From contig ML978134.1 of assembly GCA_010015805.1 (NCBI GenBank), positions 744,001-806,048 of the forward strand: DNA of 62,048 nucleotides, read 5' to 3'. The translations under genes were made by a program, and so were the position numbers. The stretch comes from Rhizodiscina lignyota (Eukaryota). The notes under the pieces were generated by a model. That model did no database searches, was not told the DNA's origin, and was given only the letters and a program-made list of their open reading frames with translations. The first letter of the stretch is position 1. Each line of letters begins with the position of its first letter. Shown here in pieces: positions 59,804 to 62,048 of the stretch.

Positions 59804-61690
59804 ATGCCTTCTTTCACGGCCCGTTGGGGCCTCAGTCGCCTCAATCCGGGCACTGTGAACGACAATGCTGATACGCAGCGCATGAGACTGCCCACGCAGC
59901 TCTCCGTGAGTGCCCCGGCCAGCAACCACCCGTTACACAGCATCGGGACTGACCTGTTCACAGCGTGACTACAGCCTGTACTCCATGATCGGGTACATGG
60001 TCGTGATCGCTCTGACCTACCCATATGTTCTCGTGTACGTTCTGTCCACCAGCTCCTGCTCACAATTAGCTCACAATCCGAATCAGATCTACGCCGCTTG
60101 GCCTTGCAAATGGCGGTACCGGCGGAGCGTTCTGGGTGTTTGTTGTGGTCTGCGTTGGCATGTTCTCCATGGCCGTATCAATGGCAGAAATGGTCTCCAT
60201 GTTAGAACCCACCCCTCCCTTTCGTTACATTTTTGAATCCGCTCACTCTGCTGTAGCGAACCTTCTGCTGGTGGCCAATATCATTGGGTGACCAAATTTG
60301 CTCCTCATAAATACCACCGACCGCTGGGCTTCTTCGTTGGTATGTCTGCGAAACGCTTCCATCTTCTAGGCATTGCAGCTAATAGTTTATGTAATAGGCT
60401 GGATGAGCGCTTTGGGATGGCAGAGCATCATTCCCGGTGTCGCATACGTTGCTGCCACCAATATTCAAGCCCTAGCTGTCATCTGGCATCCGACCTACGT
60501 ACCGACTGGTTGGGAGGCGGTTGGGATCACCATCTTCTTTTGCATCGCTGCGACCATCTTCAACATTTTCCTGCGTCCCAAGGTTCCATTCATCGAAGTC
60601 ACCGTGCTTTTAGCGTATATTGTCATGTTCATCGTACTTATTGCAGTCTTCTTCGGGATAAACGCTCCTTCACATTTGGACGGCCACATCCTGGTAGACA
60701 TTCAAGACAACTCGGACTGGGGATCTTTAGCTGGCGCCTGCTTCATCGGCCTCAGCGGTCCGGTTATCACGCTCATCGGCTCAGACTCGGGTGTCCATCT
60801 CGCAGAGGAAGTAAAAGACTCGTCGAAGACCACACCAACGGCTATGCTATCTGTCCCGCTCATCAATTACTTCCTCGGTATCCTTACCCTAGCCGCCTTC
60901 CTCCTTCGGATCGACAATCTTGATGAGGTCCTCGATACTCCGACCTTGGTCCCATATATCCAGGTACTCTTGAACGTAGTACAGAGTCGTGCGGCAGTCA
61001 CCGTCATCATCAGCTGGATGATCCTCTTCTTCGTCTTTGGTGCTTTCAACTCCAACGTCACAACGTCACGCCAACTTTACGCATTGGCCCGTGAAGGAGG
61101 CTTTCCATTTCCCAAATTCGTTTCCCACGTATGTTCTACTCAGTTGCCGTATCTTGTCAATAGCTGACTCCCGCTCACAGGTATCACCACAAACCCGTGT
61201 GCCGATGAATGCAGCCATAATCACATGCCTGATCGGCATATTGATCAGCCTAATTGCCGGAGCCTCGTCGTTTGCTTTCCTAGTTATCCAGACGATAGGC
61301 AACTCTGGCCTACTCACCTCTTACATGATCACCATCGGATGCCGCCTCTATCATCGGAACTGCGTGTCACTGTACGGCACTCGAGATGATCCGCCTCCCT
61401 TTTTTCTCGGCAAGTTCTGGGGAAATGCCATCAACATCTTCGCCATCATCTGCGCCTTTACGTTCTTTGTCATCGGCTTCTTCCCAGTAGCACCACACCC
61501 GACGAGCAGCACGTTCAATTGGAGCATAGTGTTCTACGTTGGCATAGGGCTACTTGCTGTACCCGTCTGGTTCTTCTCGGTCAGACACAATTTTGGTAGG
61601 ATGGCGACTTCTGTGGCCAGTCCGCCATCTGAGCCAGTGGAAACCGATACAAAGGGCGATTTAAATCTCAACGTGTATTCGATACCCTAA
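59804..61690 (+). CDS. APC-family amino acid/choline/GABA permease
   Basis: Spliced segments LANGGTGG, SMAEMVSM, PSAGGQYHWV, GWMSALGWQ, GSDSGVHLAEEVKD, SRQLYALAREGGFPF, VPMNA and FFLGKFWGNAIN. The start codon and several 5' introns are approximate. Confidence 0.88.
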
Positions 61691-62048
61691 ACGTTCAGTT
61701 CTCCAATGACTGATGTTGACGTAGCGCGCGACGATCTGACAAACGAATTATGAAGATGAAGATTGCCACTCTCACTTAGCTGTATGTAGATAGACAATGT
61801 CGGAGGGAGCATATGAGCCCCGTCTCTCAGAACGGATACGTTCAGAAAGTTAATCAAACTTGTGCCTCCACCAATTGATGTATAGATCAACGTTGTGAGG
61901 TATATTCAACATCCGATGAGGAACAGTTCTACTCGATCCAACTCCGCTCTTCTCCATATGGCAATTGAGTCTCCAAAGGCCTCCGTCATGGGCCCGTACA
62001 ACCTAGCAGGATTCTAGTATGTGCAAGTGAGGAGGTATCTTTCCCGAA

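Overview
Intron-containing DNA from a filamentous ascomycete; the species cannot be determined from sequence. Conserved genes sit on both sides: an HMG-box protein, PRP5, a 2219-aa coiled-coil protein and SEC17 on the left, and a Kelch-like membrane protein, BCKDH E2, an SDR, a Pth11-like membrane protein and an amino-acid permease on the right. Two accessory-looking blocks lie between them. Block 1 (9.4-12.3 kb) has a gene with a HEPN-like RxxxxH motif and a frameshifted HeLo-like/STAND N-terminal gene, each preceded by a copy of the same ~220-250 bp sequence. Block 2 (21.9-46.4 kb) has two HET-domain genes, a killer-toxin-type (subgroup C) GH18 chitinase, a divergent secreted gene of unknown family, a RIP-marked MITE between those two, three flavoenzyme genes, a Zn2Cys6 regulator and a permuted NlpC/P60-like membrane protein. 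The best candidate for an undescribed system is the chitinase plus the divergent secreted protein, which looks like a chromosomal zymocin-like alpha/beta carrier with an unrecognised gamma-like cargo. No rRNA, tRNA or CRISPR was seen. All exon boundaries are manual predictions and no database search was run.
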